From: Eledone cirrhosa
Taxonomy: Eukaryota
Length of the DNA: 64,000 bases
NCBI GenBank assembly: GCA_964016885.1
Contig: OZ024742.1
Coordinates: forward strand, 168,082,001 to 168,146,000
Direction: 5' to 3'
Each line of letters starts with the position of its first letter. Position 1 is the first letter of the stretch. The translations under genes and the position numbers were made by a program. This document shows positions 40,101 to 54,800 of the stretch, piece after piece. Below the pieces are notes generated by a model that searched no databases, was not told the DNA's origin, and saw only the letters and a program-made list of their open reading frames with translations.

Positions 40101-43100
40101 AAAAATCCATTAAAAAAAATCCATTAAAAATCCATTAAAAAAATCCATTTAAAAAAATCCATTAAAAACCCATTAAAAATCCATTAAAAATCCATTAAAA
40201 AATCCATTTAAAAAACCCATTAAAAAAAATCCATTAAAAAAATCCATTAAAAAAATCCATTAAAAAAAATCCATTAAAAAAAATCCATTAAAAAAGTCCA
40301 TTTAAAAAATCCATTAAAAAAATCCATTAAAAAAATCCTTAAAAAAATCCATTAAAAAAATCCATTAAAAAAATCCATTAAAAAAATCCATTAAAAAAAA
40401 TCCATTAAAAAAATCCATTTAAAAAATCCATTAAAAAAATCCATTAAAAAAATCCTTAAAATCCATTAAAAAAATCCATTAAAAAAATCCATTAAAAAAA
40501 TCCATTAAAAATCCATTAAAAAAATCCATTTAAAAAAATCCATTAAAAATCCATTAAAAACCCATTAATAATCCATTAAAAATCCATTAAAAATCCATTA
40601 AAAAATCCATTTAAAAAACCCATTAAAAAAATCCATAAAAAAAAATCCATTAAAAAAATCCATTAAAAAAAATCCATTTAAAAAAACCCATTAAAAAAAT
40701 CCATTAAAAAAATCCATTTAAAAAATCCATTAAAAAATCCATTAAAAAAAAATCCATAAAAAAAATCCATTAAAAAAAATCCATTAAAAACTCAATCAAA
40801 AACCCAATTAAAAGGCCATAAAAGAAACATTAAAACAGCATTTAAAATACCATTAAAAACGCCATAAAAAATCATTAAAATCCCATTAAAAATACATTAA
40901 ACACGCCATAAAAAATCCATTAAAAAAAACTCAATCAAAAACCCATAAAAGAAACATTAAAACAGCATTTAAAAAACCCATTAAAAATTCATTAAAAAAT
41001 CCATTTAAAAAATCCATTAAAAAAATCCATTTAAAAAATCCATTAAAAAAAATCCATTTAAAAAAACCCATTAAAAAAAATCCATTAAAAAAATCCATTT
41101 AAAAAATCCATTAAAAAAAATCCATTAAAAAAAATCCATTAAAAAAAAATCCGTTAAAAAAAATCCATTAAAAACTCAATCAAAAACCCAATTTAAAGGC
41201 CATAAGAGAAACATTAAAACAGCATTTAAAATACCATTAAAAACGCCATAAAAAATCATTAAAATTGTTTTTTATGAAATTTATAATATGGCTTTTAATG
41301 AACTTTTTAATGGGCTTTTAGAATCATTAAAATCCCATTAAAAATACATTAAAGGCCCATTAAAAACGCCATAAAAAATCCATTAAAAAAAATCCATTAA
41401 AAAAAAATTCAATCAAAAACCCATAAAAGAAACATTAAAACAGCATTTAAAAAACCCATTAAAAATTCATTAAAAAAATCCATTTAAAAAATCCATTAAA
41501 AATCCATTAAAAATCCATTAAAAATCCATTAAAAATCCATTAAAAATCCATTAAAAATCCATTAAAAAAAAATCCATTAAAAAAAATCCATTAAAAAATC
41601 CATTTAAAAAATCCATTAAAAAAAATCCATTAAATAAAACTCAATCAAAAACCCATAAAAGAAACATTAAAACAACATTTAAAAAATCCATTAAAAAAAA
41701 ATCCATTTAAAAAAATCCATTAAAAAAGCCATTAAAAATCCATTAAAAATCCATTAAAAATCCATTAAAAATCCATTAAAAATCCATTAAAAATCCATTA
41801 AAAATCCATTAAAAAATCCATTAAAAAAATCCATTAAAAAAATCCATTAAAAAAATCCATTTAAAAAATCCATTAAAAAAATCCATTTAAAAAATCCATT
41901 AAAAAAAATCCATTAAAAAAAATCCATTAAAAAAAGCCATTAAAAAAAATCCATTAAAAAAAAATCCGTTAAAAAAATTCATTAAAAATCCATTAAAAAT
42001 CCATTAAAAATCCATTAAAAATCCATTAAAAATCCATTAAAAATCCATTAAAAATCCATTAAAAATCCATTAAAAAATCCATTTAAAAAAATCCATTAAA
42101 AAAATCCATTAAAAAAATCCATTTAAAAAATCCATTAAAAAAAATCCATTAAAAAAAAATCCATAAAAAAAAAATCCATTAAAAAAATCAATTTAAAAAA
42201 ATCCATTAAAAATCCATTAAAAAAATCCATTTAAAAAAAATCCATTAAAAACCCATTAAAAATCCATTAAAAATCCATTAAAAATCCATTAAAAAATCCA
42301 TTTAAAAAACCCATTAAAAAAAATCCATTAAAAAAATCCATTTAAAAAAATCCATTAAAAAAAATCCATTAAAAAAAACCCATTAAAAAAAATCCATTAA
42401 AAAAATCCATTTGAAAAATCCATTAAAAAAATCCATTAAAAAAAATCCTTAAAAAAATCCATTAAAAAAATCCATTAAAAAAATACATTAAAAAATCCAT
42501 TAAAAATCCATTAAAAAAATCCATTAAAAAAAATCCATTAAAAATCCATTAAAAACCCATTAAAAAAAATCCATTAAAAAAATCCATTAGAAAATCCATT
42601 AAAAAAATCCATTAAAAAAAATCGATAAAAAAAATCCATTAAAAAAAATCCATTAAAAAAAAATCCGGTAAAAAAAATCCATTAAAAAAAAATCCGTTAA
42701 AAAAAATCCATTAAAAGCTCAGTCAAAAACCCATTAAAAACGCCATAAAAATCATTAAAATCCCATTAAAGATACATTAAAGGCCCATTAAAAACGCCAT
42801 AAAAAATCCATTAAAAAAATCCATTAAAAAAAACTCAATCAAAAACCCATAAAAGAAACATTAAAACAGCATTTAAAAAATCCATTAAAAATCCATTAAA
42901 AAAATCCATTTAAAAAACCCATTAAAAAAAATCCATAAAAAAAAAACTCAATCAAAAACCCATAAAAGAAACATTAAAACAGCATTTAAAAAATCCATTA
43001 AAAAAATCCATTAAAAAAAATCCATTAAAAAATCCATTAAAAATCCATTAAAAATCCATTAAAAATCCCTTAAAAATCCATTAAAAATCCATTAAAAATC

Positions 43101-46100
43101 CATTAAAAAATCCATTTAAAAAAATCCATTAAAAAAATCCATTAAAAAAATCCATTTAAAAAAATCCATTAAAAAAAATCCATTAAAAAAAAATCCATTC
43201 AAAAAAAAATCCATTAAAAAAAATCAATTTAAAAAAATCCATTAAAAATCCATTAAAAAAATCCATTTTAAAAAATCCATTAAAAACCCATTAAAAATCC
43301 ATTACAAATCCATTAAAAAATCCATTTAAAAAACCCATTAAAAAAAATCCATTAAAAAAAATCCATTTAAAAAATGCATTAAAAAAATCCATTAAAAAAA
43401 AAACCCATTAAAAAAAATCCATTAAAAAAAATCCATTAAAAAATCCATTAAAAACCCATTAAAAATCCATTAAAAATCCATTAAAAATCCATTTAAAAAA
43501 TCCATTAAAAAAATCCATTTAAAAAAATCCATTAAAAACCCATTAAAAATCCATTAAAAATCCATTAAAAAATCCATTTAAAAAACCCATTAACAAAAAT
43601 CCATTAAAAAACCCATTTAAAAAATCCATTAAAAAAAATCCATTAAAAAAAATCCATTAAAAAAATCCATAAAAAAAAATCCATTAAAAAAAATCCGTTA
43701 AAAAAAATCCATTAAAAATCCATTAAAAATCCATTAAAAATCCATTAAAAAACCATTAAAAATCCATTAAAAAATCCATTTAAAAAAATCCATTTAAAAA
43801 ATCCATTAAAAAAATCCATTTAAAAAATCCATTAAAAAAAATCCATTAAAAAAAAATCCATTAAAAAAAAAATCCATTAAAAAAAATCAATTTAAAAAAA
43901 TCCATTAAAAATCCATTAAAAAAATCCATTTAAAAAAATCCATTAAAAACCCATTAAAAATCCATTAAAAATCCATTAAAAATCCATTTAAAAAACCCAT
44001 TAAAAAAATCCATTAAAAAAAATCCATTAAAAAAATCTATTTAAAAAATCCATTAAAAAAAATCCATTAAAAAAAATCCATTAAAAAATCCATTAAAAAC
44101 CCATTAAAAATCCATTAAAAATCCATTAAAAATCCATTAAAAAATCCAATAAAAAAAAATTCAATCAAAAACCCATAAAAGAAACATTAAAACAGCATTT
44201 AAAAAACCCAATAAAAATCCATTAAAAAAATCCATTAAAAAAATCCATTTAAAAAATCCATTAAAAAAATCCATTTAAAAAATCCATTAAAAAAAATCCA
44301 TTAAAAAAATCCATTAAAAAAAGCCATTAAAAAAAATCCATTAAAAAAAAATCCGTTAAAAAAAATTCATTAAAAATCCATTAAAAATCCATTAAAAATC
44401 CATTAAAAATCCATTAAAAATCCATTAAAAATCCATTAAAAATCCATTAAAAATTCATTAAAAATCCATTAAAAAATCCATTTAAAAAAATCCATTAAAA
44501 AAAATCAATTTAAAAAAATCCATTAAAAATCCATTAAAAAAAATCCATTTAAAAAAACCCATTTAAAAAAATCCATTAAAAAAATCCATTTAAAAAATCC
44601 ATTAAAAAAAATCCATTAAAAAAAATCCATAAAAAAAATCCATTAAAAAAAATCCATTAAAAAAAAATCCGTTAAAAAGAATCCATTAAAAACTCAATCA
44701 AAAACCCAATTAAAAGGCCATAAAAGAAACATTAAAACAGCATTTAAAATACCATTAAAAACGCCATAAAAAATCATTAAAATTGTTTTTTATGAAATTT
44801 ATAATATGGCTTTTAATGAACTTTTTAATGGGCTTTTAGAATCATTAAAATCCCATTAAAAATACATTAAAGGCCCATTAAAAACGCCATAAAAAATCCA
44901 TTAAAAAAAATCCATTAAAAAAAAATTCAATCAAAAACCCATAAAAGAAACATTAAAACAGCATTTAAAAAACCCATTAAAAATTCATTAAAAAAATCCA
45001 TTTAAAAAATCCATTAAAAATCCATTAAAAATCCATTAAAAATCCATTAAAAATCCATTAAAAATCCATTAAAAAAAAATCCATTAAAAAAATCCATTAA
45101 AAAATCCATTTAAAAAATCCATTAAAAAAATCCATTAAAAAAAACTCAATCAAAAACCCATAAAAGAAACATTAAAACAACATTTAAAAAATCCATTAAA
45201 AAAAAATCCATTTAAAAAAATCCATTAAAAAAGCCATTAAAAATCCATTAAAAATCCATTAAAAATCCATTAAAAATCCATTAAAAATCCATTAAAAATC
45301 CATTAAAAAATCCATTAAAAAAATCCATAAAAAAAATCCATTAAAAAAATCCATTTAAAAAATCCATTAAAAAAATCCATTTAAAAAATCCATTAAAAAA
45401 AATCCATTAAAAAAAATCCATTAAAAAAAGCCATTAAAAAAAATCCATTAAAAAAAAATCCGTTAAAAAAAATTCATTAAAAATCCATAAAAAATCCATT
45501 AAAAATCCATTAAAAATTCATTAAAAAATCCATTTAAAAAAATCCATTAAAAAAATCCATTAAAAAATCCATTTAAAAAATCCATTAAAAAAAATCCATT
45601 AAAAAAAATCCATAAAAAAATCCATTAAAAAAATCCATTAAAAAATCCATTAAAAAAAAATCCATTAAAAATCCATTAAAAAAATCCATTTAAAAAATCC
45701 ATTAAAAAATCCATTAAAAATCCATTAAAAATCCATTAAAAAATCCATTAAAAAAACCCATTTAAAAAATCCATTAAAAAAATCCATTTAAAAAATCCAT
45801 TAAAAAAAATCCATTTTAAAAAACCCATTAAAAAAAATCCATTAAAAAAATCCATTTAAAAAATCCATTAAAAAAAATCCATTAAAAAAAATCCATATAA
45901 AAAATCCATTAAAAAAAATCCATTAAAAAAAAATCCGTTAAAAAAAATCCATTAAAAACTCAATCAAAAACCCAATTAAAAGGCCATAAAAGAAACATTA
46001 AAACAGCATTTAAAATACCATTAAAAACGCCATAAAAAATCATTAAAATTGTTTTTTATGAAATTTATAATATGGCTTTTAATGAACTTTTTAATGGGCT

Positions 46101-49100
46101 TTTAGAATCATTAAAATCCCATTAAAAATACATTAAAGGCCCATTAAAAACGCCATAAAAAATCCATTAAAAAAAATCCATTAAAAAAAAATTCAATCAA
46201 AAACCCATAAAAGAAACATTAAAACAGCATTTAAAAAACCCATTAAAAATTCATTAAAAAAATCCATTTAAAAAATCCATTAAAAATCCATTAAAAATCC
46301 ATTAAAAATCCATTAAAAATCCATTAAAAATCCATTAAAAAAAAATCCATTAAAAAAATCCATTAAAAAAATCCATTTAAAAAATCCATTAAAAAAAATC
46401 CATTAAAAAAAATCCATTAAAAAAAAATCCATTAAAAAAAATCCATTAAAAAAAAATCCTTTAAAAAAATCCATTAAAAACTCAATCAAAAACCCAATTA
46501 AAAGGCCATAAAAGAAACATTAAAACAGCATTTAAAATACCATTAAAAACGCCATAAAAAATCATTAAAATTGTTTTTTATGAAATTTATAATATGGCTT
46601 TTAATGAACTTTTTAATGGGCTTTTAGAATCATTAAAATCCCATTAAAAATACATTAAAGGCCCATTAAAAACGCCATAAAAAATCCATTAAAAAAAATC
46701 CATTAAAAAAAAATTCAATCAAAAACCCATAAAAGAAACATTAAAACGGCATTTAAAAAACCCATTAAAAATTCATTAAAAAAATCCATTTAAAAAATCC
46801 ATTAAAAATCCATTAAAAATCCATTAAAAATCCATTAAAAATCCATTAAAAATCCATTTAAAAAAAATCCATTAAAAAAATCCATTAAAAAATCCATTTA
46901 AAAAATCCATTAAAAAAAATCCATTAAAAAAAATCCATAAAAAAAATCCATTAAAAAAAATCCATTAAAAAAAATCCGTTAAAAAAAATCTATTAAAAAT
47001 CCATTAAAAATCCATTAAAAATCCATTAAAAATCCATTAAAAATCCATTAAAAATCCATTAAAAATCCATTAAAAAATCCATTAAAAAAAATCCATTAAA
47101 AAAATCCATTAAAAAAATCCATTTAAAAAATCCATTAAAAAAAATCCATTAAAAAAAAATCCATTAAAAAAAAAATCCATTAAAAAAAATCCATTAAAAA
47201 TCCATTAAAAAAATCCATTTAAAAAAATCCATTAAAAACCCATTAAAAATCCATTAAAAATCCATTAAAAAATCCATTTAAAAAACCCATTAAAAAAAAT
47301 CCATTAAAAAAATCCATTAAAAAAATCCATTAAAAAAAATCCATTAAAAAAAATCCATTAAAAAAGTCCATTTAAAAAATCCATTAAAAAAATCCATTAA
47401 AAAAATCCTTAAAAAAATCCATTAAAAAAATCCATTAAAAAAATCCATTAAAAAAATCCATTAAAAAAAATCCATTAAAAAAATCCATTTAAAAAATCCA
47501 TTAAAAAAATCCATTAAAAAAATCCTTAAAATCCATTAAAAAAATCCATTAAAAAAATCCATTAAAAAAATCCATTAAAAATCCATTAAAAAAATCCATT
47601 TAAAAAAATCCATTAAAAATCCATTAAAAACCCATTAATAATCCATTAAAAATCCATTAAAAATCCATTAAAAAATCCATTTAAAAAACCCATTAAAAAA
47701 ATCCATAAAAAAAAATCCATTAAAAAAATCCATTAAAAAAAATCCATTTAAAAAAACCCATTAAAAAAATCCATTAAAAAAATCCATTTAAAAAATCCAT
47801 TAAAAAATCCATTAAAAAAAAATCCATAAAAAAAATCCATTAAAAAAAATCCATTAAAAACTCAATCAAAAACCCAATTAAAAGGCCATAAAAGAAACAT
47901 TAAAACAGCATTTAAAATACCATTAAAAACGCCATAAAAAATCATTAAAATCCCATTAAAAATACATTAAACACGCCATAAAAAATCCATTAAAAAAAAC
48001 TCAATCAAAAACCCATAAAAGAAACATTAAAACAGCATTTAAAAAACCCATTAAAAATTCATTAAAAAATCCATTTAAAAAATCCATTAAAAAAATCCAT
48101 TTAAAAAATCCATTAAAAAAAATCCATTTAAAAAAACCCATTAAAAAAAATCCATTAAAAAAATCCATTTAAAAAATCCATTAAAAAAAATCCATTAAAA
48201 AAAATCCATTAAAAAAAAATCCGTTAAAAAAAATCCATTAAAAACTCAATCAAAAACCCAATTTAAAGGCCATAAGAGAAACATTAAAACAGCATTTAAA
48301 ATACCATTAAAAACGCCATAAAAAATCATTAAAATTGTTTTTTATGAAATTTATAATATGGCTTTTAATGAACTTTTTAATGGGCTTTTAGAATCATTAA
48401 AATCCCATTAAAAATACATTAAAGGCCCATTAAAAACGCCATAAAAAATCCATTAAAAAAAATCCATTAAAAAAAAATTCAATCAAAAACCCATAAAAGA
48501 AACATTAAAACAGCATTTAAAAAACCCATTAAAAATTCATTAAAAAAATCCATTTAAAAAATCCATTAAAAATCCATTAAAAATCCATTAAAAATCCATT
48601 AAAAATCCATTAAAAATCCATTAAAAATCCATTAAAAAAAAATCCATTAAAAAAAATCCATTAAAAAATCCATTTAAAAAATCCATTAAAAAAAATCCAT
48701 TAAATAAAACTCAATCAAAAACCCATAAAAGAAACATTAAAACAACATTTAAAAAATCCATTAAAAAAAAATCCATTTAAAAAAATCCATTAAAAAAGCC
48801 ATTAAAAATCCATTAAAAATCCATTAAAAATCCATTAAAAATCCATTAAAAATCCATTAAAAATCCATTAAAAATCCATTAAAAAATCCATTAAAAAAAT
48901 CCATTAAAAAAATCCATTAAAAAAATCCATTTAAAAAATCCATTAAAAAAATCCATTTAAAAAATCCATTAAAAAAAATCCATTAAAAAAAATCCATTAA
49001 AAAAAGCCATTAAAAAAAATCCATTAAAAAAAAATCCGTTAAAAAAATTCATTAAAAATCCATTAAAAATCCATTAAAAATCCATTAAAAATCCATTAAA

Positions 49101-51288
49101 AATCCATTAAAAATCCATTAAAAATCCATTAAAAATCCATTAAAAAATCCATTTAAAAAAATCCATTAAAAAAATCCATTAAAAAAATCCATTTAAAAAA
49201 TCCATTAAAAAAAATCCATTAAAAAAAAATCCATAAAAAAAAAATCCATTAAAAAAATCAATTTAAAAAAATCCATTAAAAATCCATTAAAAAAATCCAT
49301 TTAAAAAAAATCCATTAAAAACCCATTAAAAATCCATTAAAAATCCATTAAAAATCCATTAAAAAATCCATTTAAAAAACCCATTAAAAAAAATCCATTA
49401 AAAAAATCCATTTAAAAAAATCCATTAAAAAAAATCCATTAAAAAAAACCCATTAAAAAAAATCCATTAAAAAAATCCATTTGAAAAATCCATTAAAAAA
49501 ATCCATTAAAAAAAATCCTTAAAAAAATCCATTAAAAAAATCCATTAAAAAAATACATTAAAAAATCCATTAAAAATCCATTAAAAAAATCCATTAAAAA
49601 AAATCCATTAAAAATCCATTAAAAACCCATTAAAAAAAATCCATTAAAAAAATCCATTAGAAAATCCATTAAAAAAATCCATTAAAAAAAATCGATAAAA
49701 AAAATCCATTAAAAAAAATCCATTAAAAAAAAATCCGGTAAAAAAAATCCATTAAAAAAAAATCCGTTAAAAAAAATCCATTAAAAGCTCAGTCAAAAAC
49801 CCATTAAAAACGCCATAAAAATCATTAAAATCCCATTAAAGATACATTAAAGGCCCATTAAAAACGCCATAAAAAATCCATTAAAAAAATCCATTAAAAA
49901 AAACTCAATCAAAAACCCATAAAAGAAACATTAAAACAGCATTTAAAAAATCCATTAAAAATCCATTAAAAAAATCCATTTAAAAAACCCATTAAAAAAA
50001 ATCCATAAAAAAAAAACTCAATCAAAAACCCATAAAAGAAACATTAAAACAGCATTTAAAAAATCCATTAAAAAAATCCATTAAAAAAAATCCATTAAAA
50101 AATCCATTAAAAATCCATTAAAAATCCATTAAAAATCCCTTAAAAATCCATTAAAAATCCATTAAAAATCCATTAAAAAATCCATTTAAAAAAATCCATT
50201 AAAAAAATCCATTAAAAAAATCCATTTAAAAAAATCCATTAAAAAAAAATCCATTAAAAAAAAATCCATTCAAAAAAAAATCCATTAAAAAAAATCAATT
50301 TAAAAAAATCCATTAAAAATCCATTAAAAAAATCCATTTTAAAAAATCCATTAAAAACCCATTAAAAATCCATTACAAATCCATTAAAAAATCCATTTAA
50401 AAAACCCATTAAAAAAAATCCATTAAAAAAAATCCATTTAAAAAATGCATTAAAAAAATCCATTAAAAAAAAAACCCATTAAAAAAAATCCATTAAAAAA
50501 AATCCATTAAAAAATCCATTAAAAACCCATTAAAAATCCATTAAAAATCCATTAAAAATCCATTTAAAAAATCCATTAAAAAAATCCATTTAAAAAAATC
50601 CATTAAAAACCCATTAAAAATCCATTAAAAATCCATTAAAAAATCCATTTAAAAAACCCATTAACAAAAATCCATTAAAAAACCCATTTAAAAAATCCAT
50701 TAAAAAAAATCCATTAAAAAAAATCCATTAAAAAAATCCATAAAAAAAAATCCATTAAAAAAAATCCGTTAAAAAAAATCCATTAAAAATCCATTAAAAA
50801 TCCATTAAAAATCCATTAAAAAACCATTAAAAATCCATTAAAAAATCCATTTAAAAAAATCCATTTAAAAAATCCATTAAAAAAATCCATTTAAAAAATC
50901 CATTAAAAAAAATCCATTAAAAAAAAATCCATTAAAAAAAAAATCCATTAAAAAAAATCAATTTAAAAAAATCCATTAAAAATCCATTAAAAAAATCCAT
51001 TTAAAAAAATCCATTAAAAACCCATTAAAAATCCATTAAAAATCCATTAAAAATCCATTTAAAAAACCCATTAAAAAAATCCATTAAAAAAAATCCATTA
51101 AAAAAATCTATTTAAAAAATCCATTAAAAAAAATCCATTAAAAAAAATCCATTAAAAAATCCATTAAAAACCCATTAAAAATCCATTAAAAATCCATTAA
51201 AAATCCATTAAAAAATCCAATAAAAAAAAATTCAATCAAAAACCCATAAAAGAAACATTAAAACAGCATTTAAAAAACCCAATAAAAA
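37160..51288 (+). repeat. Tandem duplication with period ~7.06-7.07 kb (about 37160-44217 and 44218-51288)
   Basis: Inserts 37715/44784, 38981/46050 and 39503/46572 are at offset 7069, and 41266/48336 at 7070. Shared private variants: TCCGGTA 42664/49734, GCTCAGTC 42717/49787, CATAAGAG 41201/48271, CCATATA 38824/45893. Confidence 0.92.
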
Positions 51289-54200
51289 TTCATTAAAAAA
51301 ATCCATTTAAAAAATCCATTAAAAATCCATTAAAAATCCATTAAAAATCCATTAAAAATCCATTAAAAATCCATTAAAAATCCATTTAAAAAAATCCATT
51401 AAAAAAATCCATTTAAAAAATCCATCAAAAAAAATCCATTAAAAAAAACTCAATCAAAAACCCATAAAAGAAACATTAAAACAGCATTTAAAAAATCCAT
51501 TTAAAAAAATCCATTAAAAATCCATTAAAAATCCATTAAAAATCCATTAAAAATCCATTAAAAATCCATTAAAAAATCCATTAAAAATCCATTAAAAAAA
51601 TACATTAAAAAAATCCATTAAAAACCCATTAAAAATCCATTAAAAATCCATTAAAAAATCCATTTAAAAAAACCCATTAAAAAAAACCATTTAAAATATC
51701 CATTTAAAAAAATCCATTAAAAAAAACCCATTAAAAAAAATCCATTAAAAAAATCCATTTAAAAAATCCATTAAAAAAAAATCCATTAAAAAAAATCCAT
51801 AAAAAAATCCATTAAAAAAATCCATTAAAAAAAAATCCATTAAAAAAAATCCATTAAAAATCCATTAAAAAAATCCATTAAAAAAAAATCCATTAAAAAA
51901 TCCATTAAAAACCCATTAAAAATCCATTAAAAATCCATTAAAAAATCCATTTAAAAAACCCATTAAAAAAATCCATTAAAAAAATCCATTTAAAAATCCA
52001 TTAAAAAAAATCCATTTAAAAAAACCCATTAAAAAAAATCCATTAAAAAAATCCATTTAAAAAATCCATAAAAAAAAATCCATAAAAAAAATCCATTAAA
52101 AAAAATCCATTAAAAAAAAATCCGTTAAAAAAAATCCATTAAAAATCCATTAAAAATCCATTAAAAATCCATTAAAAATCCATTAAAAATCCATTAAAAA
52201 TCCATTTAAAAAAATCCATTAAAAAAATCCATTAAATAAATCCATTTAAAAAATCCATTAAAAAAAATCCATTAAAAAAAAATCCATTTAAAAAAATCCA
52301 TTAAAAAAAATCAATTTAAAAAAATCCATTAAAAATCCATTAAAAAAATCCATTAAAAAAAATCCATTAAAAACCCATTAAAAATCCATTAAAAATCCAT
52401 TAAAAAATCCATTTAAAAAACCCATTAAAAAAAATCCATTAAAAAAATCCATTTAAAAAATCCATTAAAAAAAAATCCATTAAAAAAAAACCATTAAAAA
52501 AAATCCATTAAAAAAATCCATTTAAAAAATCCATTAAAAAAAATCCATTAAAAAAAACTCAATCAAAAACCCATAAAAGAAACATTAAAACAGCATTTAA
52601 AAAATCCATTAAAAATCCATTAAAAAAATCCATTTAAAAAATCCATTAAAAAATCCATTAAAAATCCATTAAAAATCCATTAAAAAATCCATTTAAAAAA
52701 ATCCATTTAAAAAATCCATTTAAAAAATCCATTAAAAAATCCATTTAAAAAATCCATTAAAAAAAATCCATTAAAAAAAACCATTAAAAAATCCATTAAA
52801 AAAAATCCCATTAAAAATACATTAAAGGCCCATTAAAAACGCCATAAAAAATCCATTAAAAAATCCATTAAAAAAAAACTCAATCAAAAACCCATAAAAG
52901 AAACATTAAAACAGCATTTAAAAAACCCATTAAAAATTCATTAAAAAAAATCCATTTAAAAAATCCATTAAAAAATCCATTAAAAATCCATTAAAAATCC
53001 ATTAAAAATCCATTAAAAAACCATTAAAAATCCATTAAAAAATCCATTTAAAAAAATCCATTAAAAAAATCCATTAAAAAATCCATTAAAAACCCATTAA
53101 AAATCCATTAAAAATCCATTAAAAATCCATTAAAAAATCCAATAAAAAAAAATTCAATCAAAAACCCATAAAAGAAACATTAAAACAGCATTTAAAAAAC
53201 CCAATAAAAATTCATTAAAAAAATCCATTTAAAAAATCCATTAAAAATCCATTAAAAATCCATTAAAAATCCATTAAAAATCCATTAAAAATCCATTAAA
53301 AATCCATTTAAAAAAATCCATTAAAAAAATCCATTTAAAAAATCCATCAAAAAAAATCCATTAAAAAAAACTCAATCAAAAACCCATAAAAGAAACATTA
53401 AAACAGCATTTAAAAAATCCATTTAAAAAAATCCATTAAAAATCCATTAAAAATCCATTAAAAATCCATTAAAAATCCATTAAAAAATCCATTAAAAATC
53501 CATTAAAAAAATACATTTAAAAAATCCATTAAAAACCCATTAAAAATCCATTAAAAATCCATTAAAAAATCCATTTAAAAAAACCCATTAAAAAAAACCA
53601 TTTAAAAAATCCATTTAAAAAAATCCATTAAAAAAAACCCATTAAAAAAAATCCATTAAAAAAATCCATTTAAAAAATCCATTAAAAAAAATCCATTAAA
53701 AAAAATCCATAAAAAAATCCATTAAAAAAATCCATTAAAAAAAAATCCATTAAAAAAAATCCATTAAAAATCCATTAAAAAAATCCATTAAAAAAAATCC
53801 ATTAAAAAATCCATTAAAAACCCATTAAAAATCCATTAAAAATCCATTAAAAATCCATTAAAAAATCCATTTAAAAAACCCATTAAAAAAATCCATTAAA
53901 AAAATCCATTTAAAAATCCATTAAAAAAAATCCATTTAAAAAAACCCATTAAAAAAAATCCATTAAAAAAATCCATTTAAAAAATCCATAAAAAAAAATC
54001 CATTAAAAAAAATCCATTAAAAAAAATCCATTAAAAAAAAATCCGTTAAAAAAAATCCATTAAAAATCCATTAAAAATCCATTAAAAATCCATTAAAAAT
54101 CCATTAAAAATCCATTAAAAATCCATTAAAAATCCATTAAAAAATCCATTTAAAAAACCCATTAAAAAAAATCCATTAAAAAAATCCATTTAAAAAATCC

Positions 54201-54800
54201 ATTAAAAAAAAATCCATTAAAAAAAAACCATTAAAAAAAATCCATTAAAAAAATCCATTTAAAAAATCCATTAAAAAAAATCCATTAAAAAAAACTCAAT
54301 CAAAAACCCATAAAAGAAACATTAAAACAGCATTTAAAAAATCCATTAAAAATCCATTAAAAAAATCCATTTAAAAAATCCATTAAAAAATCCATTAAAA
54401 ATCCATTAAAAATCCATTAAAAAATCCATTTAAAAAAATCCATTAAAAAAATCCATTTAAAAAATCCATTAAAAAATCCATTTTAAAAATCCATTAAAAA
54501 AAATCCATTAAAAAAAACCATTAAAAAATCCATTAAAAAAAATCCCATTAAAAATACATTAAAGGCCCATTAAAAACGCCATAAAAAATCCATTAAAAAA
54601 TCCATTAAAAAAAAACTCAATCAAAAACCCATAAAAGAAACATTAAAACATCATTTAAAAAACCCATTAAAAATTCATTAAAAAAAATCCATTTAAAAAA
54701 TCCATTAAAAAATCCATTAAAAATCCATTAAAAATCCATTAAAAATCCATTAAAAAACCATTAAAAATCCATTAAAAAATCCATTTAAAAAAATCCATTA
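51150..54800 (+). repeat. Older tandem duplication with period ~1.9 kb; second copy has an internal deletion of about 190 bp (boundaries approximate)
   Basis: TTCAATC...CCCAATAAAAATTCATT occurs at 51231 and 53153 (offset 1922). Later markers are at offset ~1737: cassette A at about 52558/54295 and the cassette B tail at 52806/54543. Confidence 0.8.
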
